64,000 bases of DNA from assembly GCA_047602425.1 (NCBI GenBank), contig JASGHG010000001.1, forward strand, positions 448,001 to 512,000, given 5' to 3'. This document shows, piece after piece, positions 48,692-56,743 of the stretch (position 1 is its first letter; each line of letters starts with the position of its first letter). This stretch comes from Nibricoccus sp. Its GTDB lineage: Bacteria > Verrucomicrobiota > Verrucomicrobiia > Opitutales > Opitutaceae. The position numbers were made by a program, and so were the translations under genes. Below the pieces are notes generated by a model that ran no database searches, was not told where the DNA came from, and saw only the letters and a program-made list of their open reading frames with translations.

Positions 48692-50107
48692 ATGGCACAT
48701 CCTCGGATCATCCAAGGCGGCATGGGCGTAGCCGTTTCCGGCTGGGCCCTTGCGCGCGCAGTTTCAAAAGCCGGACAACTCGGTGTTGTTTCCGGTACCG
48801 CACTCGCTCACACCCTCGCGCGCCGGCTCCAACTCGGCGATGCCGATGGAAAATTGCGCCATGCTCTTGAGCACTTTCCCATTCCGGGAATCGCCAACCG
48901 CATTCTCAACGCCTACTACGTGCCCGGCGGCAAAAAAACGAACGTGCCTTTCAAAGGCGTTCCCATGCCGTCCATTTCTTCGAGTGAATCGTTCAACGAG
49001 CTCACCGTCGCTGCTAATTTCACCGAGGTCTTTCTCGCGAAGGAAGGCCACGATGGCGTGATCGGCATCAACCTCCTCGAAAAAATTCAGTTCAATACCC
49101 TGCACTCGCTTTTCGGCGCCATGCTCGCCGGAGTGGACTATGTGCTGATGGGTGCCGGCATCCCGCGCACCATCCCTGGTACGCTCGACAATTTCGCCGC
49201 CGGCCAGCCTTCTGAACTCAAAATCGACACCGTCGGTGCAGCCAATGGCGAGAGCTTCGTCCAGCGTTTCGACCCCGCCACTCTCTTCGGTGGCAAAGCC
49301 CCGTCGCTGAAACGCCCGCTGTTTCTCGCCATCGTCGCTTCTGCGACACTCGCACTCACTCTCGCGAAAAAATCCACCGGCCAGGTCAATGGTTTCGTCG
49401 TCGAGGCCGAAACTGCTGGCGGACACAATGCCCCGCCGCGCGGCCCCATGCAGCTCACGCCCGACGGCGAACCGCTCTACGGTCCGCGCGACGTTCCCGA
49501 CCTCGAAAAAATTCACGCCATCGGCCTTCCCTTCTGGCTCGCGGGCGCCTACGGAGCTCCGGGAAAACTTGCCGAAGCCCTCAAGATAGGAGCGGCCGGA
49601 ATTCAGGTCGGCACCGCTTTCGCTTTTTGTCAGGAATCCGGCATCGATCCCGTTTATAAACAAAGCGTCATCGAACTCAGTCGCGCCGGCAAAGCCCGCG
49701 TCTTCACCGACCCACTCGCCTCGCCCACCGGTTTCCCGTTCAAAGTCGTCCAACTCGCCAACACTCTCTCAACCGCCGAGGATTACGCGGCGCGTCCTCG
49801 CATCTGCGACATGGGTTACCTGCGGCACGTTTACGTACGCGAAGATGGCAGTCCGGGCTACCGTTGTCCTAGCGAACCGGTCGAAGATTACGTGAAAAAA
49901 GGCGGCACCGTCGCCGATACGGTCGGCCGCAAATGTATTTGCAACGGCCTGATGGCTGCCGGTGGCGTGGCGCAAATGCGCGCTGACGGCACCGCCGAGC
50001 CCGCCATTCTGACCGCCGGAAACGAAGTCAGCAACGTCGCACGTTTTCTCGCGCCCGGCGCCAACTCTTACTCCGCCGCGGACGTCGTCGCCACGCTACT
50101 CGCGTAA
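48692..50107 (+). CDS. Nitronate monooxygenase/FabK-FabX family FMN oxidoreductase
   Basis: IIQGGMGVAVS, AGGH, GIQVGTAF, SPTGFP, C-terminal Cys cluster. Confidence 0.85.
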   Translation: MAHPRIIQGGMGVAVSGWALARAVSKAGQLGVVSGTALAHTLARRLQLGDADGKLRHALEHFPIPGIANRILNAYYVPGGKKTNVPFKGVPMPSISSSESFNELTVAANFTEVFLAKEGHDGVIGINLLEKIQFNTLHSLFGAMLAGVDYVLMGAGIPRTIPGTLDNFAAGQPSELKIDTVGAANGESFVQRFDPATLFGGKAPSLKRPLFLAIVASATLALTLAKKSTGQVNGFVVEAETAGGHNAPPRGPMQLTPDGEPLYGPRDVPDLEKIHAIGLPFWLAGAYGAPGKLAEALKIGAAGIQVGTAFAFCQESGIDPVYKQSVIELSRAGKARVFTDPLASPTGFPFKVVQLANTLSTAEDYAARPRICDMGYLRHVYVREDGSPGYRCPSEPVEDYVKKGGTVADTVGRKCICNGLMAAGGVAQMRADGTAEPAILTAGNEVSNVARFLAPGANSYSAADVVATLLA

Positions 50108-50322
50108 ATTGCCGCGTCGAACAACGCTTCCTCACCGCCTCAGCTTCTGGGGCGTGTTTCGGTTGCTGACGCAACGATGCCTTGCTGCATTTTCCGCCAA
50201 GCTCGACCTTGGCGACGCCTCGTCGCCCGCTTCGAGTGGCTCAGATCGGGCTTTTACCGCTCGACGGTCCACACAAAAGGAACCAGTGGTCACACCTAAG
50301 GTCTGCAAAAAACTCCGCTTCT

Positions 50323-50745
50323 ATGAAAAGGTTCCTCTGCCCCCTGTTCACGTTCACTGCGATCCTCTTGTTCCAGCCAGGCTGCGAATCATCCCGCCAG
50401 GTTAAGCCTCTTTCTCACACGATCACCACGACACCGGTTTTCCAGGGCGTTTACATCGAATCGGCGAACGCCGATCAAAAGCCCAAAGCCGTCAAACGCA
50501 CCGCGCCCGTCTACCCCTTTGAGCTGAAGCGCAAAGGCATTAGCGGGTACGCCAAGCTCGTCTTCGTCATCGACGTCACAGGCAAGCCTACCCAAATCCA
50601 AGCCGTTCAGGCGTCGAAACAAGAGTTTATCGGCCCCGCAATCGATTCACTGACCGAATGGCGGTTCAAACCAGCTCAGAAAAACGGCCAGCCCATCGCG
50701 TGTGTCGCCGAACAGGTTTTCGAATTTCATGTAACTAATCGTTAG
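50323..50745 (+). CDS. TonB C-terminal domain protein (putative lipoprotein)
   Basis: PVYPFELKRKGISG, WRFKPAQKNG, and a signal peptide ending in GC. Confidence 0.85.
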   Translation: MKRFLCPLFTFTAILLFQPGCESSRQVKPLSHTITTTPVFQGVYIESANADQKPKAVKRTAPVYPFELKRKGISGYAKLVFVIDVTGKPTQIQAVQASKQEFIGPAIDSLTEWRFKPAQKNGQPIACVAEQVFEFHVTNR

Positions 50746-50816
50746 AGCCAGCCAACAAGCGTGAGGCGTCGCTTCACCCATTGACACGCAACCCTCAGGT
50801 TGCTTCTAATTCCGCC

Positions 50817-51185
50817 ATGGATCTCATCTTTAAGGCCCTGGCGGACAGCAGCCGGCGTTTGCTCCTCGATCGCTTGCATGTTCAGGACGGGCAGACTTTG
50901 CGCGCGTTGTGCGGAGATCTCGACATGACGCGGCAAGCCGTAACCAAGCATTTGGTTGTCCTGGAAGCCGCTGGTTTAGTGACAACCACTTGGCAGGGGC
51001 GCGAAAAGCTTCACCACCTCAATCCTTCGCCGCTCAGTCGAATCACCACCGACTGGATCAAGAAATACGAGGGGCATCAGCCCGCGAAAGTCGCAATGCG
51101 TGTGGCGACCTCCACAATCAACCGGATTCCGCCGGCTCCCGCCCCCACTGAAATCGACGGCGAATCGCGCTGGACCAATCTCTAG
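50817..51185 (+). CDS. ArsR/SmtB family transcriptional regulator
   Basis: FKALADSSRR, MTRQAVTKHLVVLEAAGLV, GREKLH. Confidence 0.88.
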   Translation: MDLIFKALADSSRRLLLDRLHVQDGQTLRALCGDLDMTRQAVTKHLVVLEAAGLVTTTWQGREKLHHLNPSPLSRITTDWIKKYEGHQPAKVAMRVATSTINRIPPAPAPTEIDGESRWTNL

Positions 51186-51341
51186 ACTGCCACAGCCGCC
51201 GGCATTTTTCCGCCCCTACAGCGGACCGGGCTGCATTTTTAGGGAACCAATTGTTATCGGTTACTGCCTTAGAAAGAGTGCGAGCCCAATCACCTGCCCG
51301 AATCGAATTTTCGCGCGTTGGGCTCATTCTGCTTTCTATCA

Positions 51342-52079
51342 ATGAAGAAGCTTCTCGCTCTCACCCTGACAGCAACGCTGTCATTTTTCCTCTCCGGTTG
51401 CAGCACCTACATTCCACCCGGCGCCAAAGCGGACCTCGCGACGTTCGCGCCGCCCAGTATTCAAGCCGGTTTCGATACCAAACCCTCGCTTCCTTTTCCC
51501 GCCGGTATCGCCATCGTGCGCATCCAGTCGCCAAATTACGACAACTACAACCTTCACCGCTATGGCGGACGCATCGGAGAGGGCAAATATTCGGTCATCA
51601 TGACTCGCGAGGTCGAGGAACAATCGCACTTCGACCGCGTCAGCGCCCTGCCTCAAGTCGCAGGTGTGGTTATGCTCAACCGTCTCCTGATTCCAGCGCA
51701 ACTCGACGGCGACCGCCAGATCCGCGAAGCCGTTTCACGTGTTCAAGCGGACCTCGTTTTTATCTACACTTTCGAAACCACCTTCCGCGACAAAAACACT
51801 TCCGTTCCGCTCACAACCATTACGCTCGGTCTTTCCCATACCAAAAAAATCGAGATCAGCGCCACCGTTTCCGGTCTGCTCATGGATACGCGCACCGGTT
51901 ACATTTATTCAGTCTACGAAACCACCGACCGCGACGAGGTGGCTTCCAGCATCTGGAAAAGCGACGAGGTCGCCGATGAAACCCGGCGTAAAACCGAGAA
52001 ACGCGCCTTCGACAAACTTGTCGACGAAATCGTCGCGAGCTGGCCCCGCTTGCTCCAACGTTACGAAAAGAAGGCCTGA
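51342..52079 (+). CDS. Hypothetical lipoprotein
   Basis: MKKLL...FLSGC lipobox. Confidence 0.8.
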   Translation: MKKLLALTLTATLSFFLSGCSTYIPPGAKADLATFAPPSIQAGFDTKPSLPFPAGIAIVRIQSPNYDNYNLHRYGGRIGEGKYSVIMTREVEEQSHFDRVSALPQVAGVVMLNRLLIPAQLDGDRQIREAVSRVQADLVFIYTFETTFRDKNTSVPLTTITLGLSHTKKIEISATVSGLLMDTRTGYIYSVYETTDRDEVASSIWKSDEVADETRRKTEKRAFDKLVDEIVASWPRLLQRYEKKA

Positions 52080-52097
52080 ATCCGTCCAGCGCTCCGC

Positions 52098-52823
52098 ATG
52101 ACCCGCCTCTTTTCTTTCCGCTGGCTTTCGACGCTGGTTGGCGTTTGCGTGCTCGTCATGAGCGCGCAAGCCCAGGAGGGCGTCATTTTGCTCCACGGCC
52201 TCTGCCGAACCAGCACCAGCATGACAAAAATGGAGCATGCGTTGACCGAGGCGGGATACGTTGTCGCCAACGTCGACTACCCTTCGCGCACCGCCAAAAT
52301 CGACGAACTCAGCGACGCCGCCATCGGCGATGCCTTAAAAAGCCCGGCGCTGCAAAATTGTCTTCGCATTCACTTCGTCACGCATTCGCTCGGCGGCATC
52401 CTCGTGCGCAGCTATTTCAAACGGCACACTGAACCTCGCCTTGGCCGGGTCGTCATGCTGGGCCCACCCAACCAAGGCAGCGAGGTCGTGGACAAACTTG
52501 GTTCGTGGAAACTCTTCACAGGCCTAAACGGTCCTGCCGGCGGCGAACTTGGAACCACTCCAAAATCAACGCCCCAACAACTCGGCCCAGTCAGTTTTGA
52601 GCTCGGCGTGATCGCGGGCGATCGCTCCATCAACTGGATCAACAGCACGATGATTCCCGGCTCAGACGATGGCAAAGTTTCCGTCGAACGAACCAAGGTC
52701 GACGGCATGAAAGCGCATCTGGTCCTTCACGCCGCCCATCCGTTTTTAATGCGAAACAAAACCGCCATTGCCCAAACCATTTGTTTCCTACAATCAGGTT
52801 CTTTCTCTGCGCCCGAAAAATAA
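52098..52823 (+). CDS. Secreted alpha/beta hydrolase (lipase/esterase-like)
   Basis: LLHGL, THSLGG, LGPPNQGS, DDGKV, H. Confidence 0.88.
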   Translation: MTRLFSFRWLSTLVGVCVLVMSAQAQEGVILLHGLCRTSTSMTKMEHALTEAGYVVANVDYPSRTAKIDELSDAAIGDALKSPALQNCLRIHFVTHSLGGILVRSYFKRHTEPRLGRVVMLGPPNQGSEVVDKLGSWKLFTGLNGPAGGELGTTPKSTPQQLGPVSFELGVIAGDRSINWINSTMIPGSDDGKVSVERTKVDGMKAHLVLHAAHPFLMRNKTAIAQTICFLQSGSFSAPEK

Positions 52824-52843
52824 ATCCAAGTCTTTCTCTCATC

Positions 52844-53374
52844 ATGCACGCAAAACGCCGCCTCGCTTTGGCGGGGCTATTTTTCGCGATCGGAATCGTA
52901 ATAGTCCTGGCCTGGGCCAACTGGCCAACCTCGCCATTGCCCGAAAAAACCATAGTTGACCGTATCGTTGTCGAGAAATCCCGCCGCGCGTTGACGCTCT
53001 TTGCCAGCACTAAACCACTAAAAACCTATAAGGTCTCCCTCGGGCGCGCACCGGTCGGCTCCAAGGAAAAGCAAGGCGACATGAAAACACCGGAAGGTCT
53101 CTACCGCGTTGTCGCACACAAACCCGGCAGCTCCTTTCATCGCGCTTTGCGAATTTCGTATCCCGAGGAGCGAGATCTCCAACGTGCGCGTGCCGCAGGC
53201 GTCAACCCTGGCTCCGATATCATGATTCATGGCGTCAGAAATGGCCTCGGGTTATTCGGGCGTCTGCACCGCAATGTCGATTGGACCGCCGGCTGCATCG
53301 CTCTAACCAATTCGGAGATCGATCAAATTTACACCGCCGTCGCCGACGGCACCGTTGTTGAAATTCGTCCCTAG
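52844..53374 (+). CDS. L,D-transpeptidase (YkuD) family protein
   Basis: GDMKTPEG, ISYP, IMIHG, WTAGCIA. Confidence 0.9.
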   Translation: MHAKRRLALAGLFFAIGIVIVLAWANWPTSPLPEKTIVDRIVVEKSRRALTLFASTKPLKTYKVSLGRAPVGSKEKQGDMKTPEGLYRVVAHKPGSSFHRALRISYPEERDLQRARAAGVNPGSDIMIHGVRNGLGLFGRLHRNVDWTAGCIALTNSEIDQIYTAVADGTVVEIRP

Positions 53375-53495
53375 GCTTGGTGTCCGCGAACAAGTTTCCC
53401 CAAAAATTTTCCCGGCCGTTCGTCCAAGGTCTTTTCCACTCCTTGCCAGCGCATCCGAAAAGTCGATACATCGATTCAACATTCAATTCCGCGCC

Positions 53496-54005
53496 GTGTT
53501 CACATATCGCACGTACCGTTTTTTTGCCGGTCTCGTTTTACTAGGCGGACTCTGGGCTGTCGCTTCGTATTTGGAAGTCAGGGATCAAGTGGAGAACAGC
53601 CCGTATTGGCCCACCGATCCCGCCGTCGCGCGGAAGTATAAAGTCCACGTCGCCGACGCGGTCGTCGACTCAAGGGAAATCGCGATCGCTGGCGCGAATC
53701 TTCAACTCACGGCCATCTGGAAAGAACATAGTTACAGCTACCGTCGTACCGGGCTTTTTACTTCAACCTTGGTCATGAACCAGGAAGAGGCGTTGCGTAT
53801 TCTTTTTTCAGGAACCCAACTGATAAAACTGCAAAACGCCGCCTGGCGGATTGAATTGGATGGCAAGCCCGCAGAGGCGGCTTTGACAACCCACGGCGCC
53901 GTGCTCGGCCAAGACGGACCCTTTCAGAGACAAAGCCATACCCTGACGATCATCGCCCCTTCCGGCTTACGCGCCGACAAATCTTTCCATTTCCCCTCCC
54001 ATTGA
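53496..54005 (+). CDS. Hypothetical membrane-anchored protein
   Basis: One N-terminal TM, then a soluble domain. The start is uncertain (GTG 53496). Confidence 0.55.
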   Translation: MFTYRTYRFFAGLVLLGGLWAVASYLEVRDQVENSPYWPTDPAVARKYKVHVADAVVDSREIAIAGANLQLTAIWKEHSYSYRRTGLFTSTLVMNQEEALRILFSGTQLIKLQNAAWRIELDGKPAEAALTTHGAVLGQDGPFQRQSHTLTIIAPSGLRADKSFHFPSH

Positions 54006-54113
54006 CCGCCGACCGACGGCCCCGCCCATGGGTAACGTCGTTTTCATACGGCGTTCGCCGTTCTCATCGTCAGCATCACGCAAAACAGGGGGAATTTTTA
54101 ATTTGGCGATACC

Positions 54114-54148
54114 AGCCAGTTTGTCATCTATTAAATGACAAACTGGCT
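54114..54148. repeat. 19-bp palindrome, copy 2, within a perfect 14-bp inverted repeat
   Basis: AGCCAGTTTGTCAT-CTATTAA-ATGACAAACTGGCT. Confidence 0.8.
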
Positions 54149-54172
54149 TGGCGACAGTCTCTAGCGACCAAC

Positions 54173-55858
54173 CTATCGCGTGAGCTTGCGGTATTTGATA
54201 CGGTGAGGCTGGTCGGCTTCCTTACCTTTGCGGCGCCGGTAATCTTCGAGATACGCGGAATAGTTTCCAGCGTACCACTGCACGGTGCTTTCGCCTTCGA
54301 AGGCGAGAATATGCGTCGCCACGCGGTCAAGGAACCAGCGATCGTGCGAAACGACCACCGCGCAACCGGCAAAAGTCTCCAAGCCCTCCTCCAGCGCGCG
54401 AATCGAGTTCACATCGAGATCGTTGGTCGGTTCGTCGAGGAGAATGAGATTGGCGCCGCTCTTGAGCAAACGGGCGAGATGCACGCGATTGCGTTCACCG
54501 CCCGAAAGAATGCCGACTTTTTTCTGTTGGTCCGCGCCCGTAAAACCAAATTGAGCACAATAAGCCCGCGCGTTCACATCGCGACCGCCCAGCTTGAGGA
54601 TTTCCTGTCCATCGCTGATCGCTTCAAAAATCGTCGCGTGGTCGGGAAGTGAATCGCGCGATTGATCGACGTGGGCGATTTGCACGGTCGGGCCCACTCG
54701 CAATTCACCCGAGTCGGCTTTTTCCACACCCGTAATCAGACGAAACATTGTCGTTTTGCCGGCACCGTTGGGACCAATGACGCCGACAATGCCGCCCGGA
54801 GGCAGCGAAAAACTCACATTTTCGAAGAGAACATTTTCACCATAGCTCTTGGATAGCTTGCTGGCTTCAACCACCAGCGTGCCGAGCCGCTGCCCCGCCG
54901 GGATGACAATTTCGAACTCACGCTCTTTTTCGGCGACATTTTGTTTCAACATCGCCTCGTAGGCATTGATGCGGGCCTGACCTTTCGATTGGCGCGCCTT
55001 CGCTGACGAACGAATCCACTCCAATTCGCGTGCCATGGCCTTTTGGCGACGGTCTTCAGTTCGTTGTTCGACGGCGAGACGGCGTTGTTTTTGCTCAAGC
55101 CACGAGGAATAGTTCCCTTTCCAGGGAATTCCGTGGCCGCGGTCGAGTTCAAGAATCCAGCCCGCGACATTATCGAGGAAATACCGGTCGTGCGTTACGG
55201 CAATTACCGTACCTTCATATCGGGCCAAATGCTGTTCGAGCCAGTGGACACTTTCCGTATCCAAATGGTTAGTCGGCTCGTCGAGCAGGAGAATAGCTGG
55301 TTTTTGCAGGAGAAGGCGGGCCAGAGCCACGCGCCGGCGTTCGCCGCCCGAAAGTTTGTCGATGACCTGGTCAGCCGGCGGACAGCGCAAGGCATCCATC
55401 GCCATATCCACGTGCGAAGCCACGTCCCAGGCCCCGAGTTGGTCGATTTTCTCCTGCAATTCGCCCTGACGTTGCATGATCTTGTCCTTGGCGGTGTCGT
55501 CCGGTGCGTCATTGATTTCGTCCCAGGTGGCGTCGTAGGCGGCGACGAGCTCCGTTAGGTGTTTCACCCCCTCTTCGACGCACTCGCGGACGGTTTTTCC
55601 TAGGGAAAGTTGCGGTTCCTGCTCTAGGAGACCCACACTATAACCGGGCTCAAAGTGCACATGCCCGTCGAAATCCTTGTCCCGCCCCGCGAGGATGCGC
55701 ATGAGAGAAGACTTGCCCGAACCATTGAATCCAAGCACACCAATTTTGGCCCCATAAAAAAATGAGAGCGAAATATCCCGCAAGATTTCCTTGCGCTCTA
55801 TCTTTTTCGAGACACTGATCATTGAGAAGATAATCTTTGGTTCGTCAGATTTTGCCAT
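54173..55858 (-). CDS. ettA: ABC-F translation factor EttA
   Basis: ISLSFFYGAKIGVLG, two ABC domains, LELDRG, RIKYRKLTR C-terminus. Confidence 0.94.
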   Translation of the reverse strand: MAKSDEPKIIFSMISVSKKIERKEILRDISLSFFYGAKIGVLGFNGSGKSSLMRILAGRDKDFDGHVHFEPGYSVGLLEQEPQLSLGKTVRECVEEGVKHLTELVAAYDATWDEINDAPDDTAKDKIMQRQGELQEKIDQLGAWDVASHVDMAMDALRCPPADQVIDKLSGGERRRVALARLLLQKPAILLLDEPTNHLDTESVHWLEQHLARYEGTVIAVTHDRYFLDNVAGWILELDRGHGIPWKGNYSSWLEQKQRRLAVEQRTEDRRQKAMARELEWIRSSAKARQSKGQARINAYEAMLKQNVAEKEREFEIVIPAGQRLGTLVVEASKLSKSYGENVLFENVSFSLPPGGIVGVIGPNGAGKTTMFRLITGVEKADSGELRVGPTVQIAHVDQSRDSLPDHATIFEAISDGQEILKLGGRDVNARAYCAQFGFTGADQQKKVGILSGGERNRVHLARLLKSGANLILLDEPTNDLDVNSIRALEEGLETFAGCAVVVSHDRWFLDRVATHILAFEGESTVQWYAGNYSAYLEDYRRRKGKEADQPHRIKYRKLTR

Positions 55859-56025
55859 GGGAGGGAGCAATAATTTTTACCAAAACCACTGTTTAAATGC
55901 TAAATTTTGAAACTTTTTTTTACTGTAAGCGTCAATCTGTGCCGTAACATCCATTCCCTGTAACCAAAAAAAATGCAACTTCGGCTGGCAAACCAGCCGA
56001 TATCGTTTAGGATAATCCGACTCAT

Positions 56026-56478
56026 ATGGCTAAAACTAGAAAAACTAAGTTCCCCTACGTATACCGCGCCGTCTACCCGAAAGAGTACATCGACGGTTAT
56101 ATCGCCAAGATCGTTCGCAAGAGCGGTCGTTTGTTCACCGTGTTCCAACTCGCCGACTTCGACGGCAATCACGACAAGTGCGTGAAAGCAGCCGCCAAGG
56201 CCGCCGCCGAATTCGACAAGTCCCATCCGAAGCTGCCGCGCTGGCAAATCGCCCAGCAACGCCGCGACAAGAAGGACAAGGATCTTCCGGCCGGCATCCG
56301 CCGCGTTGTGAAGGTTGTGAACGGTAAGAAATACAAGTTCATCGAAGCCTCCTGGTCCCCCCAGCCCAACGTGCAGAAAAAGCGTCACTTCGCCGTCGAA
56401 AAATACGGCCTGAAGAAAGCTCTCTCCCTCGCCTTGGCTGAGCGCAAAGCCGGTCTGGCCGAGATGGCCAATCGCTAA
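56026..56478 (+). CDS. Basic protein with two AP2-like DNA-binding repeats
   Basis: C-terminal GIRRV...ASW...KKRHFAVEKYGLKKALSLALAER resembles ApiAP2-type domains. A similar beta3-alpha pattern appears in the N-terminal half. Confidence 0.7.
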   Translation: MAKTRKTKFPYVYRAVYPKEYIDGYIAKIVRKSGRLFTVFQLADFDGNHDKCVKAAAKAAAEFDKSHPKLPRWQIAQQRRDKKDKDLPAGIRRVVKVVNGKKYKFIEASWSPQPNVQKKRHFAVEKYGLKKALSLALAERKAGLAEMANR

Positions 56479-56490
56479 GTAACACTTAAC

Positions 56491-56533
56491 AAAGCCGCCT
56501 GCCGCCTTGACTTTGGCGACAGGCGGTTTTTTT
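56491..56533 (+). terminator. Intrinsic terminator after the AP2-like gene
   Basis: AAAGCCGCCTGCCGCC-loop-GGCGACAGGCGGTTTTTTT. Confidence 0.82.
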
Positions 56534-56547
56534 GTGCACCCACGTCA

Positions 56548-56652
56548 ATGAACCTCTCCAATACGACAAAACTGCCCTCGCCTCTCGGCGTCGTCCTCGC
56601 GGTCGTCGTAGTCGTCGTCGTAGCGCTCCAAAGCGCGCCGAGAGGGTCTTGA
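56548..56652 (+). CDS. ivbL: ilvBN leader peptide (34 aa)
   Basis: MNLSNTTKLPSPLGVVLAVVVVVVVALQSAPRGS*, with 9 Val and 5 Leu, directly upstream of the attenuator and ilvB. Confidence 0.88.
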   Translation: MNLSNTTKLPSPLGVVLAVVVVVVVALQSAPRGS

Positions 56653-56703
56653 TCTAACCAAAGACTTTGCCCCTCCGGTGTTGCACCGGAGGGGCTTTTT
56701 TTT
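56581..56703 (+). promoter_or_regulatory. Ribosome-mediated transcription attenuator
   Basis: Segment 1 CCTCTCGGCG (56581-90) pairs with segment 2 CGCCGAGAGG (56636-45). Terminator GCCCCTCCGGTG-TTG-CACCGGAGGGGC-T8 at 56669-56703. Confidence 0.88.
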
Positions 56704-56743
56704 GCCTCGCCGGAAAAAACATAGGAAGGGCTCCAACCCAACC

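Noticed and set aside
1254..50746. Partial matches to the 19-bp palindrome at ~1255 (GTCATTTAATATG), ~3350 (GTTAACCTATT) and ~50730 (TGTAACTAATCGTTA)
   Set aside because: They are half-sites or have the wrong spacing, so chance cannot be excluded.
56589..56622. (GTC)n microsatellite
   Set aside because: It is explained by the Val codons of the leader peptide.
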